Below are positions 1 through 8,706 of a DNA stretch of 64,000 nt, piece after piece (the stretch's first letter is position 1; each line of letters opens with the position of its first letter). The stretch spans positions 1-64,000 of the IMG/VR virus record IMGVR_UViG_3300045119_000157. One strand, written 5' to 3'. A program made the position numbers and the translations under genes. Under the pieces are notes generated by a model, which worked only from the letters and a program-made list of their open reading frames with translations, was not told the origin of the DNA and searched no databases. The DNA is from a virus.

Positions 1-279
1 CGCGAAGCTCAGTTCCCCGACCTCGTCGCTGCCGCGTCCGGCCCGAAACCACCACCTACACCCGTCCCGGCACCGCCGGTCAACCTAGAGGACTACCCCG
101 TGAACTTCATTCTCAGCGACAGCGGTGCCCTGTACCTCGTCGACACGATCTCAGGGTTCTTCGCGCAGAACGTCCCGAACGTCGATGCGCCCGCACCGCA
201 GCTTCCCGTGATCACTCACAACGGCGCAGCCGCGTCCATCGCCGTCGCGTGCGGCCAGGTCCGCGCCCGCACCGCCTAA
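1..279 (+). CDS. 3' end of a gene truncated by the window edge; possibly endolysin (Pro/Thr linker plus C-terminal domain)
   Basis: Frame 1 is open from base 1 to TAA at 277-279: REAQFPDLVAAASGPKPTPTPVPAPPVNLEDYPV... The PTPTP linker resembles actinophage endolysin C-termini; the catalytic part is not visible. Confidence 0.4.
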   Translation, partial: REAQFPDLVAAASGPKPPPTPVPAPPVNLEDYPVNFILSDSGALYLVDTISGFFAQNVPNVDAPAPQLPVITHNGAAASIAVACGQVRARTA

Positions 280-282
280 CCC

Positions 283-348
283 ATGCTCGGCATCCTCATC
301 CTGATCCTCGTCGTCCTACTCATCATCGCCATCGCCCGAAGGATCTAA
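283..348 (+). CDS. 21-aa single-transmembrane peptide
   Basis: MLGILILILVVLLIIAIARRI*; fills the gap exactly and both junctions read TAACCCATG. Confidence 0.55.
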   Translation: MLGILILILVVLLIIAIARRI

Positions 349-351
349 CCC

Positions 352-1014
352 ATGCCACGACTCCCCGGCGCAGGCGCACCCCTCGCGCTCAACAAACGCA
401 TCACCATCCCCGACGGCGAAGGCGGCAGCATCCGCACCACCACCAGCCAAGCCATCATCCGCCACATCGAAACCACAGGACTCCGCCCCACCCTCTGCTC
501 CGCCGCAGGCCAAGTCACCCGCGAACAAATCGTCAAATGGATCAACGACGCCAACCGCTACACACAACGAGCAGAACGCGGCCAACACCTAACCGAAAAC
601 GAACGAACCATCCTCAGATTCGCCACCGACTGCCACGCAGCCAAAGAACGCTGGATCACCCGCCAACTCGACACACACCGCTCCATCGCCGCCGGAGGCC
701 TAACCACAGCCGAAGTCGTCGAAACCGTCGACCCCACCCAGCAAGGCCCGGACGGGCGCCCTCTCGTCGTGTCCCGACGGGTGAAGACGACCCGGCTGCT
801 GCCCGACGCGCGAGCGATCGAATGGGAGCTTGCCCGGTTGGCGAAGGACGAAGGGTTCGCTGAGCGGACTGAGGTGACGGGCGCTGACGGCGGTCCTGTG
901 GAGACGGAGTCACGCGAGGATCGCGAGGCCCGGTTGGAGGCGGAACTGACCGCTTTCCAGCAGGGCGTCGCCGCGGCGGAGGCGGAAGCTGCACGGTCGA
1001 ACGGGTCGTCGTAG
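352..1014 (+). CDS. terS: terminase small subunit-like protein
   Basis: 220 aa; PDARAIEWELAR and ERTEVTGADGGPVE motifs typical of phage small terminases; lies upstream of terL. Confidence 0.6.
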   Translation: MPRLPGAGAPLALNKRITIPDGEGGSIRTTTSQAIIRHIETTGLRPTLCSAAGQVTREQIVKWINDANRYTQRAERGQHLTENERTILRFATDCHAAKERWITRQLDTHRSIAAGGLTTAEVVETVDPTQQGPDGRPLVVSRRVKTTRLLPDARAIEWELARLAKDEGFAERTEVTGADGGPVETESREDREARLEAELTAFQQGVAAAEAEAARSNGSS

Positions 1015-1041
1015 CTGTATACGAAACTCTGCCGGGCCGGG

Positions 1042-1055
1042 TAACGTATACGTTA
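1042..1055 (+). promoter_or_regulatory. perfect 14-bp palindrome TAACGTATACGTTA over a putative -10 and the start of the RHH gene
   Basis: Seen directly; TAACGT then 7 nt then ATG 1055; an extra GTATAC at 1017-1022. Confidence 0.55.
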
Positions 1056-1333
1056 TGGGTAGGCCGAAGAAGACGGGCGAGGAACGTCAGGTCGTGTCGG
1101 TCCGGCTGCCGGTACGGGTCGTCGAGGAGATCGACGCTGCGGCGGCTCGGGCGGGGATGACCCGGACCGGGTACGTCGAGTCGAAGCTGTCGTTGGAGCA
1201 CCGTCCGCGTGACCCGCTGCCGCTGATCGAAGTCCTCGCCGACGATCCGGGGACGTGTCCGCATCCGAAGAAGGACCGGAAGGTGTTCGGCTGGGGATCA
1301 AAGTGCGAGGCGTGCGGCGCCGTCGTCCGATAG
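1055..1333 (+). CDS. ribbon-helix-helix (CopG/Arc-like) DNA-binding protein with C-terminal Cys/His motif
   Basis: GRPKK...VVSVRLPVRVVEEIDAAAARAGMTRTGYVE fits the RHH pattern; CPH...CEAC tail. Confidence 0.75.
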   Translation: MGRPKKTGEERQVVSVRLPVRVVEEIDAAAARAGMTRTGYVESKLSLEHRPRDPLPLIEVLADDPGTCPHPKKDRKVFGWGSKCEACGAVVR

Positions 1334-1337
1334 GTAC

Positions 1338-1372
1338 TGGACAGCCACGTACACCGGGTGTATGTTGGCGGT
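1338..1372 (+). promoter_or_regulatory. class I promoter/operator repeat copy 1
   Basis: TGGACA-N17-TATGTT-N6-ATG, containing GTACACCGGGTGTAT. Confidence 0.8.
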
Positions 1373-1651
1373 ATGGAGAAGCCGATGAGCGCCGAAGCTG
1401 AAACCGAAACCGTGTCCGCCGAGTTCGCTGCCGTATGGCAGGCCGCGCTCGACGATCTCACAGCGACGCTCGACCTGACCGACCCCGACGACCGGGCACT
1501 CCTCCGCTCGTTCGTTGAGCGGATCACGAAGCGAGCGACGCTCGCCGCGATGAACGAGATCGCCGACCTGATCAGCGCGCCGCGGAGCCGGAGCCGCGCT
1601 GACGCGGTCCGCTCGATCTCCGGCCGGATCATCGAACGGAGCACACCGTGA
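1373..1651 (+). CDS. hypothetical protein (MEKPM start)
   Basis: ORF directly after the class I promoter. Confidence 0.7.
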   Translation: MEKPMSAEAETETVSAEFAAVWQAALDDLTATLDLTDPDDRALLRSFVERITKRATLAAMNEIADLISAPRSRSRADAVRSISGRIIERSTP

Positions 1652-1878
1652 GCCGTGCACCGGAACCGAAGTGGATGACCACGGCCCGCGTCTGGCGTGT
1701 CCCGAACCGCGAGCAGCACGGCTGTGACTGGTGCGGCGAGGACCGGCCGACAGTCTTCTCGTTCTTCGACACACAGGCCGACGCGAGGGACGCCGTGGTC
1801 TACGACCACCTCTTTGCAGCGGAGGCGTTCTGCTCGCTTCACTGCTGGGGCCAGGCGAACGGACGGACAGACCTGTGA
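1648..1878 (+). CDS. small Cys-rich hypothetical protein
   Basis: CDWC...FCSLHC; GTGA overlap with the previous gene. Confidence 0.6.
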   Translation: MSRAPEPKWMTTARVWRVPNREQHGCDWCGEDRPTVFSFFDTQADARDAVVYDHLFAAEAFCSLHCWGQANGRTDL

Positions 1879-2090
1879 ACCGGCCGGGCGACTACTCGAA
1901 ACAGCCGCGCCGCGGCGACACGATCGAAACCGGCCGCTACGGCGACGTCATCGTCCTAGCCGTCCACGACCGGGGACAGACACTCGAAGTCCAGTCTGTT
2001 CACGGGTACGTGACGATCACTCGCGCGCCGAACGGCTGCTGGTGGCGCGTCGGCCGTACTCAACAACCCAGCAAGGAGAACCATGACTGA
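1875..2090 (+). CDS. hypothetical protein
   Basis: GTGA-coupled ORF in an operon-like chain. Confidence 0.5.
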   Translation: MNRPGDYSKQPRRGDTIETGRYGDVIVLAVHDRGQTLEVQSVHGYVTITRAPNGCWWRVGRTQQPSKENHD

Positions 2091-2586
2091 CGAGTCCTAT
2101 CCCGCGAACCTCGCTGTCCCCGCGAGCCTCGCCGTCGTCGCGCAACGCATGACAGCGGACCCGCTCTACCCCGACATCGTCGTGACACCCGACTTCACGG
2201 TCACGGTACGAGCGAACCTCGACCCGGCAGTCGACGTCATCGCGGAAGGCGCAGCACCCGGCCCCGCCGTCGAAACCGACTACGACCATGTCCGAAACTG
2301 GGTGTACGGCATGATCCAGAACATCGGCGGCGCGCTCCCCGCAGGATGGTACATCGACGTCGAAGCTCTCCGCGAGACACGCGGCCAGACGCTGACACCG
2401 ACAGTGGACCCGTCGCGGCCGGTCCCGAAGCCTGTGCTGGCACCGGACCGGATGGCCGCAGTCGAGCAGGCTGAATGCCAGTCGTGCGGGATGACGTTGC
2501 GGCGCGAGTCGGCGGACGGGATCTGGTATCACGTCCCCGACTGCGCCGACCCTCGCCCACCGAAGACACCGGAGGACGCACCGTGA
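2083..2586 (+). CDS. hypothetical protein with C-terminal Cys motif
   Basis: AAGGAG RBS; CQSC...HVPDC. Confidence 0.65.
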   Translation: MTDESYPANLAVPASLAVVAQRMTADPLYPDIVVTPDFTVTVRANLDPAVDVIAEGAAPGPAVETDYDHVRNWVYGMIQNIGGALPAGWYIDVEALRETRGQTLTPTVDPSRPVPKPVLAPDRMAAVEQAECQSCGMTLRRESADGIWYHVPDCADPRPPKTPEDAP

Positions 2587-3077
2587 AAGGCACGGTCATC
2601 ACAAAGGTGGCGGGCATGATCGGCGTCAGGCTCACGGAGCCAGCGTCGAGTACGTGGCCCGGCGAATGGCCGGTCGAGGAGGGCGACACTGTCATCTTCG
2701 AAGTCGAGCCGGATGACGTTCGCATACCTCCTGCCGGTCAGGCGCAGACGTTGCCGCTGATTGACGGTGTGGTGTGGAAGCAGGTCCGCGACCTGAAAGA
2801 GGACGACGAGATCCCCAAGGTTGGCGTGATGAGGGCTGTGCGAGCGGGCGTTAGTAAGGGCGGCTGGACCATCATCAATTACGAGGATGCCGGTGGCCGC
2901 TTATGTGACGCCTGGCCTTCGGCCGCGTGGGTTCCTGTGCTGAAGCCTGTCGTGTACGAGCAGACACGACGGACCGCGAACTCGTTCATTGCTCACGATT
3001 GGCGGGAATCGACGCAGGGATGTGTCATTCAAGACGTCGAGTACGGCGAGGTTGTCGAACTGCGAGACGACCAGTGA
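2583..3077 (+). CDS. hypothetical protein ending VELRDDQ
   Basis: GGAGG RBS, GTGA overlap; ends in the junction repeat. Confidence 0.6.
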   Translation: MKGTVITKVAGMIGVRLTEPASSTWPGEWPVEEGDTVIFEVEPDDVRIPPAGQAQTLPLIDGVVWKQVRDLKEDDEIPKVGVMRAVRAGVSKGGWTIINYEDAGGRLCDAWPSAAWVPVLKPVVYEQTRRTANSFIAHDWRESTQGCVIQDVEYGEVVELRDDQ

Positions 3078-3750
3078 GCGCCCGCGTTGCTCGCCTGTGT
3101 CCTCCCGGCAACTGGTATTACATCGCCGTTTGCGAACACTGCCGTTGGTCTGGCTTCTCATGGAAGCACCGAGCGTGGGCTAAAGGGGACGCCGACATGC
3201 ATAACGATCACGGTCATCCCATGACCGAACAGAACGACGGTTCCCCTGTCGAACTGCGAGACGACCAGTGAGCCGCCTCATGTCCTGCTCACTTACTGCG
3301 GACGCGGTGATCGAACGTCGCAAGACGGTGACACGTCGTCTCGGCTGGAAGTTCTTGAAGCCGGGAGACACGCTCACGCTCTGCCGCAAAGTGATGGGCC
3401 GCAAGAAAGGCGAACCTCTCGACCGCTTGGCAGAGGTCGAGATCGTGAATGTTCGCAGAGAGAACTTATGGAACATCACCGACGAGGACATCGCCCGCGA
3501 ATGCGTTCCCGTCGAACTGTTCGATGAGCATTACACGGACACCGGACTGCCATCTGTCGGTGCGTGGGTGCGATGGTTCGCGGAGGAAATGGATTGTGCC
3601 GTGGATGATCTTGTGACGCGCATCGAATGGCGCTACGTCGAACTGCGAGACGACCAGGTGAGCGCCCCCACTAACGTCCCGACCGTCAGATGTCTGTCGT
3701 GCGGCGACTGGGCGGAAGTCAGGCCCGATGGGCGACGACCAGTGAGCCGC
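3053..3750 (+). repeat. gene-junction direct repeat (T)GTCGAACTGCGAGACGACCAGTGAGC: two identical copies, one variant and one partial
   Basis: Copies at 3053-3079, 3247-3273, 3637-3663 (one extra G) and a partial GACGACCAGTGAGC at 3734-3747. Confidence 0.85.
3074..3271 (+). CDS. small CxxC protein ending VELRDDQ
   Basis: Starts and ends inside junction repeats; CEHC motif. Confidence 0.55.
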   Translation: MSARVARLCPPGNWYYIAVCEHCRWSGFSWKHRAWAKGDADMHNDHGHPMTEQNDGSPVELRDDQ

Positions 3751-3774
3751 GGTCCGTTTCTCCGCGGCGAGTAG
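3268..3774 (+). CDS. ASCH/PUA-like domain protein
   Basis: RKTVTRRLGWKFLKPGD...VRRENLWNITDEDIARE matches the phage ASCH pattern. Confidence 0.7.
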   Translation: MSRLMSCSLTADAVIERRKTVTRRLGWKFLKPGDTLTLCRKVMGRKKGEPLDRLAEVEIVNVRRENLWNITDEDIARECVPVELFDEHYTDTGLPSVGAWVRWFAEEMDCAVDDLVTRIEWRYVELRDDQVSAPTNVPTVRCLSCGDWAEVRPDGRRPVSRGPFLRGE

Positions 3775-3783
3775 CCTCCGGCC

Positions 3784-4821
3784 GTGCCCGATTATCCGAT
3801 CCCCGCGTCGATCATCGCTGACGGCACCACACCGCAGGGACCACAGATCGCGGACTGGCTCCGCTCGATCCCGCCCGCCACGGCTACCGACCCGGCCGTC
3901 ATCCGGTTCGCACCATACGGCACGTACTGCACCGACCAGACCGTCAACGGTGCACGGGAGCCGTACACGATCGAGGTGAAGGGACTCTCACGGTTCGAGA
4001 TCCACGGGCAGGCATCAAGCCTGAACCGCATCGCTGCGGGCGGCGCACGCGACGACGCTCATCTCCGGTTCATTCACTGCAACTGGTTCTCGGTCCTCCA
4101 CGTCACCGTCAACGGCGCCGCGCCGCGCACAGCCGGGTACATGTCGACGCTGGAAGCGCAGCACGGCCTCGACATCCAGTCGTCGCATCACGGCACGTTC
4201 ACCGCCGTCACCATCGACGACGTATGGGGCGACAAGGCGTACCTCGGGTTCGACCGTCCTGGTGACACGCCGTGCGACACGATCGAGTTCGACTCCTGCG
4301 TCGGCGGCTACTCGCACCGCCATTCCGTCGCAATCACTGCCGCCGAGAACGTCCTGTCGCACGGCTGCGACTGGGGACGCTCCGCACGGTCCGGCGTCGA
4401 CCTCGAACCGAACAGCACCCACGGCACGATCATCAACGTCCAGTTCGTCGGGGACACATGGGGCGCGCATCGTCTCAACTGGCTGGCGTGCGCGCCCGCT
4501 CACGGCAAGATCGACGGTGTCACGTTCACACGCTGCGCGAGCCACGGGTCACCGCTGTCCGTCGCGGTCCTCCAACGCGACGACACGATCCTCGGCGCGT
4601 TCACTGTCGAAGACTGCACGTCGGACACGTCGGGCGGCGGCAACTCGGGTGCGGTCATGAACTTCGGTGGCGTGACCGGCCCGATCCGGGTCGTCGGGAA
4701 CCGTCAGCCGTTACAGACCGGCCGGGTGACGGGTAACCCGTACATGCACTGCGCCCGGTTCACGGGCTGCACCGGCCCGATCGTGTACTCCGGGAACATG
4801 CCACCCGACCAGAACCCATAG
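3784..4821 (+). CDS. right-handed beta-helix (pectin lyase-like) protein
   Basis: HGLDIQSS, DDVWGD, GVDLEPN and alternating beta-strand repeats. Confidence 0.6.
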   Translation: MPDYPIPASIIADGTTPQGPQIADWLRSIPPATATDPAVIRFAPYGTYCTDQTVNGAREPYTIEVKGLSRFEIHGQASSLNRIAAGGARDDAHLRFIHCNWFSVLHVTVNGAAPRTAGYMSTLEAQHGLDIQSSHHGTFTAVTIDDVWGDKAYLGFDRPGDTPCDTIEFDSCVGGYSHRHSVAITAAENVLSHGCDWGRSARSGVDLEPNSTHGTIINVQFVGDTWGAHRLNWLACAPAHGKIDGVTFTRCASHGSPLSVAVLQRDDTILGAFTVEDCTSDTSGGGNSGAVMNFGGVTGPIRVVGNRQPLQTGRVTGNPYMHCARFTGCTGPIVYSGNMPPDQNP

Positions 4822-4882
4822 ACACCCGTCCCGCATACCGCACGGGCCGTACACGGGCACACAGCGACCTCTCCGGGGCGTC

Positions 4883-4903
4883 TAGCCCACTACCCTGCCC
4901 GGC
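4883..4903 (+). promoter_or_regulatory. class II element (TAG-N4-CTACCCT-N7-ATG) before terL
   Basis: Same geometry as copies at 11269, 21224, 23006 and 63774. Confidence 0.6.
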
Positions 4904-6559
4904 ATGGCGCTCAGCGAACGGATAGCGGACCTCGACCCCGCGACGCTCCGCCTGTTCTCCTCGACACTCCCACCCGACGACCTCGCGTTCATCGAGGAGA
5001 AACTCTCCGACGTCACCGGGGAAGGCTGGCGTGTCGACCCGTCCCGCATGGCGGAACACTTCCACGGCGAACCGCTCGACACGTCGTGGCGGACACCGCC
5101 GCATGTCCGCTACCTCGCCGCGAAGTTCCGGCAGCTTGTCCTCCCCCGCACTGACCCGGCCGCGTCGAAACGGCAGATCTGGAATGTCCCCGGCCGCGCC
5201 GGGAAGTCGAGGCTCGGGTCGCAGTGGGGTCCGGCGTGGGCGCTCGACCGTTCCGAGGGCCGCGCCCGGATCATCGGCATCTCGTACGGCGACATGCTCG
5301 CCGATGAGAACGCTGACGCGGTCCGCCAGATCCTGCGTGCTCACCCGGACGAGTTGCGCTGCCAGCTACGCCCCGACCGGCAGCGGTTGGACAGGTTCGT
5401 GACGGATGCGGGCGGCGGGATCCTGTACTCGGGGATCAACTCGACCGTCACCGGCTTCGGCGCCGGGAACGGCGGCGGACTCATCATCGACGACCCGTTC
5501 AAGAACTGGCAGGAAGCCCACAGCGAAGCCCGACGCGACCATGTGTTCAACCAGTACCGCGGCACGCTCCGCAACCGTCTCGACGACGAAGAAGCGTTCA
5601 TTCTCATCGTGCATCACCGTGTCCACGAGGACGACCTGACCGCCCGTCTCGTGGAGGAGATGGACCGCGACGACGAGTACGGCGACCGCTGGGACGTCAC
5701 GGTGCTCCCGTCCCTCGCCGCGGAGAACGACGTGCTGGGACGCGCGCCGGGCGAACCGCTCGACCCGGACCAGTTCCCGCTGTCAGCGGTCATGAACCGG
5801 ATCGCGTCGATGGGCACCTACCTCGCGTCGGGGTTGGAGTTGCAGCGGCCGACACCGGAGGAAGGCAACGACATCAAACGGCACTGGTTCACGATCGACG
5901 CGAACGTGCCGTCCCGGTTCGACGACTCACTGTCGTCGTGGGATACGACGATGAAGGACAAGGAGACAGGCGACTTCACCGTCGGACAACTGTGGGCGCG
6001 TGCCGGGTCGACGTTCTGGTGTCTCGCCGAGTTCCGCGGCCACTTCGACCAGCCGACGACACGGGCAGCGATCGCGCTCATGTCGATACGGTTCCCGTGG
6101 AACCTCCGCCACGTCGTCGAGTCCGCAGCGTCCGGCCCGGAAGTCATCGCGAAACTCGCGGCCGGGTCCGGTCCCGGCTACACGGTGTCCGACGTCGTCG
6201 CTGCTGCCCTGTCGATGACGACCGACGAGCGGGCAGCGGTGCAGGACATCCTCCGGACTGGGCTGCCGGGCGTGCAAGGCCAGACCGTCCGCGGCGACAA
6301 GCGTGTCCGGGCGCGTGCGGTCACACCGATCATCGAGACAGGGAACGTGCATCTCCCGGAGCACGCCCCGTTCGCCGCCGGGTTCCTCGACGAGGTGTCA
6401 GCGTTCCCGCGTGGCACGCACGACGACCGTGTCGACGCCATGTCGCAGGCGCTGTCGCGGCTGTGGGGGACGGAAGCGACGATCGTGGAACCGGAGATCC
6501 TGATCTCGACTCGGCTGCCGGGCATGACGTCCCGGTTCGCCAGCCCGGACTACGTCTGA
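4904..6559 (+). CDS. terL: terminase large subunit
   Basis: Walker A-like PGRAGKS, Walker B LIIDDP, C-terminal nuclease SWD...FPRGTHDDRVDA. Confidence 0.93.
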   Translation: MALSERIADLDPATLRLFSSTLPPDDLAFIEEKLSDVTGEGWRVDPSRMAEHFHGEPLDTSWRTPPHVRYLAAKFRQLVLPRTDPAASKRQIWNVPGRAGKSRLGSQWGPAWALDRSEGRARIIGISYGDMLADENADAVRQILRAHPDELRCQLRPDRQRLDRFVTDAGGGILYSGINSTVTGFGAGNGGGLIIDDPFKNWQEAHSEARRDHVFNQYRGTLRNRLDDEEAFILIVHHRVHEDDLTARLVEEMDRDDEYGDRWDVTVLPSLAAENDVLGRAPGEPLDPDQFPLSAVMNRIASMGTYLASGLELQRPTPEEGNDIKRHWFTIDANVPSRFDDSLSSWDTTMKDKETGDFTVGQLWARAGSTFWCLAEFRGHFDQPTTRAAIALMSIRFPWNLRHVVESAASGPEVIAKLAAGSGPGYTVSDVVAAALSMTTDERAAVQDILRTGLPGVQGQTVRGDKRVRARAVTPIIETGNVHLPEHAPFAAGFLDEVSAFPRGTHDDRVDAMSQALSRLWGTEATIVEPEILISTRLPGMTSRFASPDYV

Positions 6560-6567
6560 AGAACCCC

Positions 6568-6602
6568 TGGACAGATGTGTGCACCGGGTGTACGGTGACG
6601 GT
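6568..6602 (+). promoter_or_regulatory. class I promoter/operator copy 2
   Basis: TGGACA-N17-TACGGT-N6-ATG; GTGCACCGGGTGTAC. Confidence 0.8.
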
Positions 6603-6899
6603 ATGGAAACGCCGATGAGCACCGACATCAGGATCGAAGCGTGGAACCTCGGGCGGACGAACACCGCCGCTGAGTGCTACACGCGGCTAGAGCGAGGTGA
6701 CACGGTCGCTGAGCGAGTGTTCGCAGCGATGCGCCGCAACGAGTGGGGCGTCGAGGCAGCGTGGAAGGACGGCCTACGGGGCGTCAACATCGAGACGACC
6801 GATTCCCGCACGGGCATCACCACAGCCCGCACGGGTCGCCGGGCACCGATGCCGGTCCGCCGCACGGTCAACGTCGCAGCGAACGGCGGGTCGATCTGA
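6603..6899 (+). CDS. hypothetical protein (METPM start)
   Basis: Follows the class I promoter. Confidence 0.65.
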   Translation: METPMSTDIRIEAWNLGRTNTAAECYTRLERGDTVAERVFAAMRRNEWGVEAAWKDGLRGVNIETTDSRTGITTARTGRRAPMPVRRTVNVAANGGSI

Positions 6900-7111
6900 T
6901 GAGCATGACCTTCGCTCAGGCCGAGTCCGGCAAGATCACGACGTGGTCGACCGTCGGCCGCACAGGCAAGACCCGCTGGGCGTACAGCCTCGACTTCACT
7001 GGCTGGTGGCCGTACGTGTCCGAGGCCCGCTACGGGTCGCAGCGCACCGCGCAGGCGGCAGCGGAGCGTGACCTGGCCGACACGATCTCGTACTGCCGTG
7101 AGGGCGCCTGA
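6899..7111 (+). CDS. hypothetical protein
   Basis: TGATG-coupled ORF. Confidence 0.55.
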   Translation: MSMTFAQAESGKITTWSTVGRTGKTRWAYSLDFTGWWPYVSEARYGSQRTAQAAAERDLADTISYCREGA

Positions 7112-7120
7112 AAGAACCCC

Positions 7121-7155
7121 TAGACAGGAACGTACACCGGGTGTATGTTGAGTAC
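7121..7155 (+). promoter_or_regulatory. class I promoter/operator copy 3
   Basis: TAGACA-N17-TATGTT-N6-ATG. Confidence 0.8.
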
Positions 7156-7425
7156 ATGGAGACGCCGATGGCACACCAGCACAACACGGATCCCGCAGCA
7201 GGCCCGGTCTATAGAGGTATGGAAGAGACAGGAACCCCGGAGGCAGAGGCGAGGTACACGCTGGATGCCACGAAGGACGGGCGTTACTTCGAGGATCACG
7301 GGCTCACCGCCGACCAGGTCGACGCAGCCCGGACCAACGCCGACCAGCTCGGGATCACGATCCTGAGCATCACCGAAGAGCGAGAGGTCGACCTGACCGA
7401 TCTCGCACCGTTCAAGGGAGAATGA
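7156..7425 (+). CDS. hypothetical protein (METPM start)
   Basis: Follows the class I promoter. Confidence 0.6.
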   Translation: METPMAHQHNTDPAAGPVYRGMEETGTPEAEARYTLDATKDGRYFEDHGLTADQVDAARTNADQLGITILSITEEREVDLTDLAPFKGE

Positions 7426-7437
7426 AGATGCTCGCAC

Positions 7438-7680
7438 ATGGTCACCGACGACCAGATGGTCGCCTGGGGGATCGTCACGGAGAAGACCGACAAGGTCGTC
7501 GGCACGAAGATCATCATCCGGCCCGGTATGCACTGGGGCCAAGCGGTCCATGCAGCCTGGTGCGCCGGTCACGTCCGGATCTGCTCGCCTGAGCCTGCTG
7601 TCCGAGCGAACCGTCGGATGAGCGACGCTGCCCGCGCCGAGTCGATCGCATGGGTCGCAGCGCACCGCCGGGCAGCCTGA
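7438..7680 (+). CDS. hypothetical protein
   Basis: Gap-filling ORF that ends just before the next promoter. Confidence 0.45.
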   Translation: MVTDDQMVAWGIVTEKTDKVVGTKIIIRPGMHWGQAVHAAWCAGHVRICSPEPAVRANRRMSDAARAESIAWVAAHRRAA

Positions 7681-7688
7681 ACTTCCAC

Positions 7689-7723
7689 TGGACACACCCG
7701 TACACCGGGTGTATGTTGAGTAC
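7689..7723 (+). promoter_or_regulatory. class I promoter/operator copy 4
   Basis: TGGACA-N17-TATGTT-N6-ATG. Confidence 0.8.
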
Positions 7724-8077
7724 ATGGAGAAGCCGATGAGCACCACCGAGACCAAGACCTGCACCGTCCGTGACAGTGAGTTCCCTGGTGACTGCGGCCA
7801 GCCCGCCGTCGCCAGTGGCACGAGCCGCACCGGGTTCAAGTGGGCCGAGTGCGCTGAGCACGCCGACGATCCCCGTTCTATGACCGCTAGCTCGGCGTCG
7901 TCCGCAGCGGCCTTCATGATCGGTGACACGGTCATCGTCCGACACGCCGGAGTAACCAAGCCTGCGACGGTCACGCATGTCGGCCGGACCCGGATCACGG
8001 TTGAGGTCGCAACGCCGCACTCGCGGAGCGGTCGCCCGACGATGCGGATCACGGTCCCGATGACCGAGGTGAAGTGA
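7724..8077 (+). CDS. hypothetical protein (MEKPM start), Cys motif plus SH3-like C-terminus
   Basis: C...CGQPA...CAEH then IGDTVIV...ATVTHVGRTRITV. Confidence 0.6.
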   Translation: MEKPMSTTETKTCTVRDSEFPGDCGQPAVASGTSRTGFKWAECAEHADDPRSMTASSASSAAAFMIGDTVIVRHAGVTKPATVTHVGRTRITVEVATPHSRSGRPTMRITVPMTEVK

Positions 8078-8262
8078 TGACCACGGACGAGACGGGCGAG
8101 CAGTTGTACGTCGATGACCCGATCATCGACGTCGCGACCGGCAAGCATGTCCACGTCATCTCGCTCGACGAGGCACGCGGGAAGGTGCTCATGTCGACGG
8201 GTGTGACGACCCGCTGTAACCGTGTCCGCTACAACCCTCTCGGCCGACAGCGGCCGAGCTAA
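8074..8262 (+). CDS. hypothetical protein
   Basis: Coupled ORF. Confidence 0.5.
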   Translation: MMTTDETGEQLYVDDPIIDVATGKHVHVISLDEARGKVLMSTGVTTRCNRVRYNPLGRQRPS

Positions 8263-8277
8263 CCGAAGGAGAACCCG

Positions 8278-8478
8278 ATGGGAACCACGAAGCACCCCGA
8301 CATCAAGGTCGTGCTGGTAGGCACGGACGGGAACGCGTTCAGCGTTCTCGGGAAGGTCGCGGCGGCGCTCCGACGCGCTGGCCACGGCGACGAGGTCGAA
8401 GCGTTCACGGCCGAGGCCATGAGCGGCGACTACGACCATCTCCTGCGGACAGCGATGCGCTGGGTGACCGTCTCATGA
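8278..8478 (+). CDS. conserved small phage hypothetical protein
   Basis: GAAGGAG RBS; DGNAFSVLG...SGDYDHLL motif common in phages. Confidence 0.7.
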   Translation: MGTTKHPDIKVVLVGTDGNAFSVLGKVAAALRRAGHGDEVEAFTAEAMSGDYDHLLRTAMRWVTVS

Positions 8479-8690
8479 TGATCAGCCGCTACGAGGCAGA
8501 ACGGTGGCGCCAGCTATCCGACGAACTGCGCGGGCAGCGGGAACGGCTCGCAAGCCTGAACCCGCGGACCCGAGCGGAGTGGCAAGCCATCGACGCGATC
8601 GGCGGGGCGGAGCGTGCGCTGTTCAGCGCGTTCGCGAACGTCGAGCGTGAGTACGTCCCCGAACTCCCACTGGACAGCCACGTACACTAG
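8475..8690 (+). CDS. hypothetical protein
   Basis: ATGA-coupled ORF. Confidence 0.5.
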   Translation: MMISRYEAERWRQLSDELRGQRERLASLNPRTRAEWQAIDAIGGAERALFSAFANVEREYVPELPLDSHVH

Positions 8691-8706
8691 GTGTACGGTT
8701 GGCGGT
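8671..8706 (+). promoter_or_regulatory. class I promoter/operator copy 5
   Basis: TGGACA-N17-TACGGT-N7-ATG; GTACAC-TAG-GTGTAC. Confidence 0.78.

Noticed and set aside
3053-3750. VELRDDQ repeat as CRISPR or integron attC
   Set aside because: Spacers are ~70-360 nt coding sequences, the repeat is not palindromic, and no Cas or integrase is in the window.
7141-7155. ORF-track starts such as MYVEYMEKPM or MHRVY
   Set aside because: These GTG codons lie inside the promoter palindrome, upstream of the predicted TSS.
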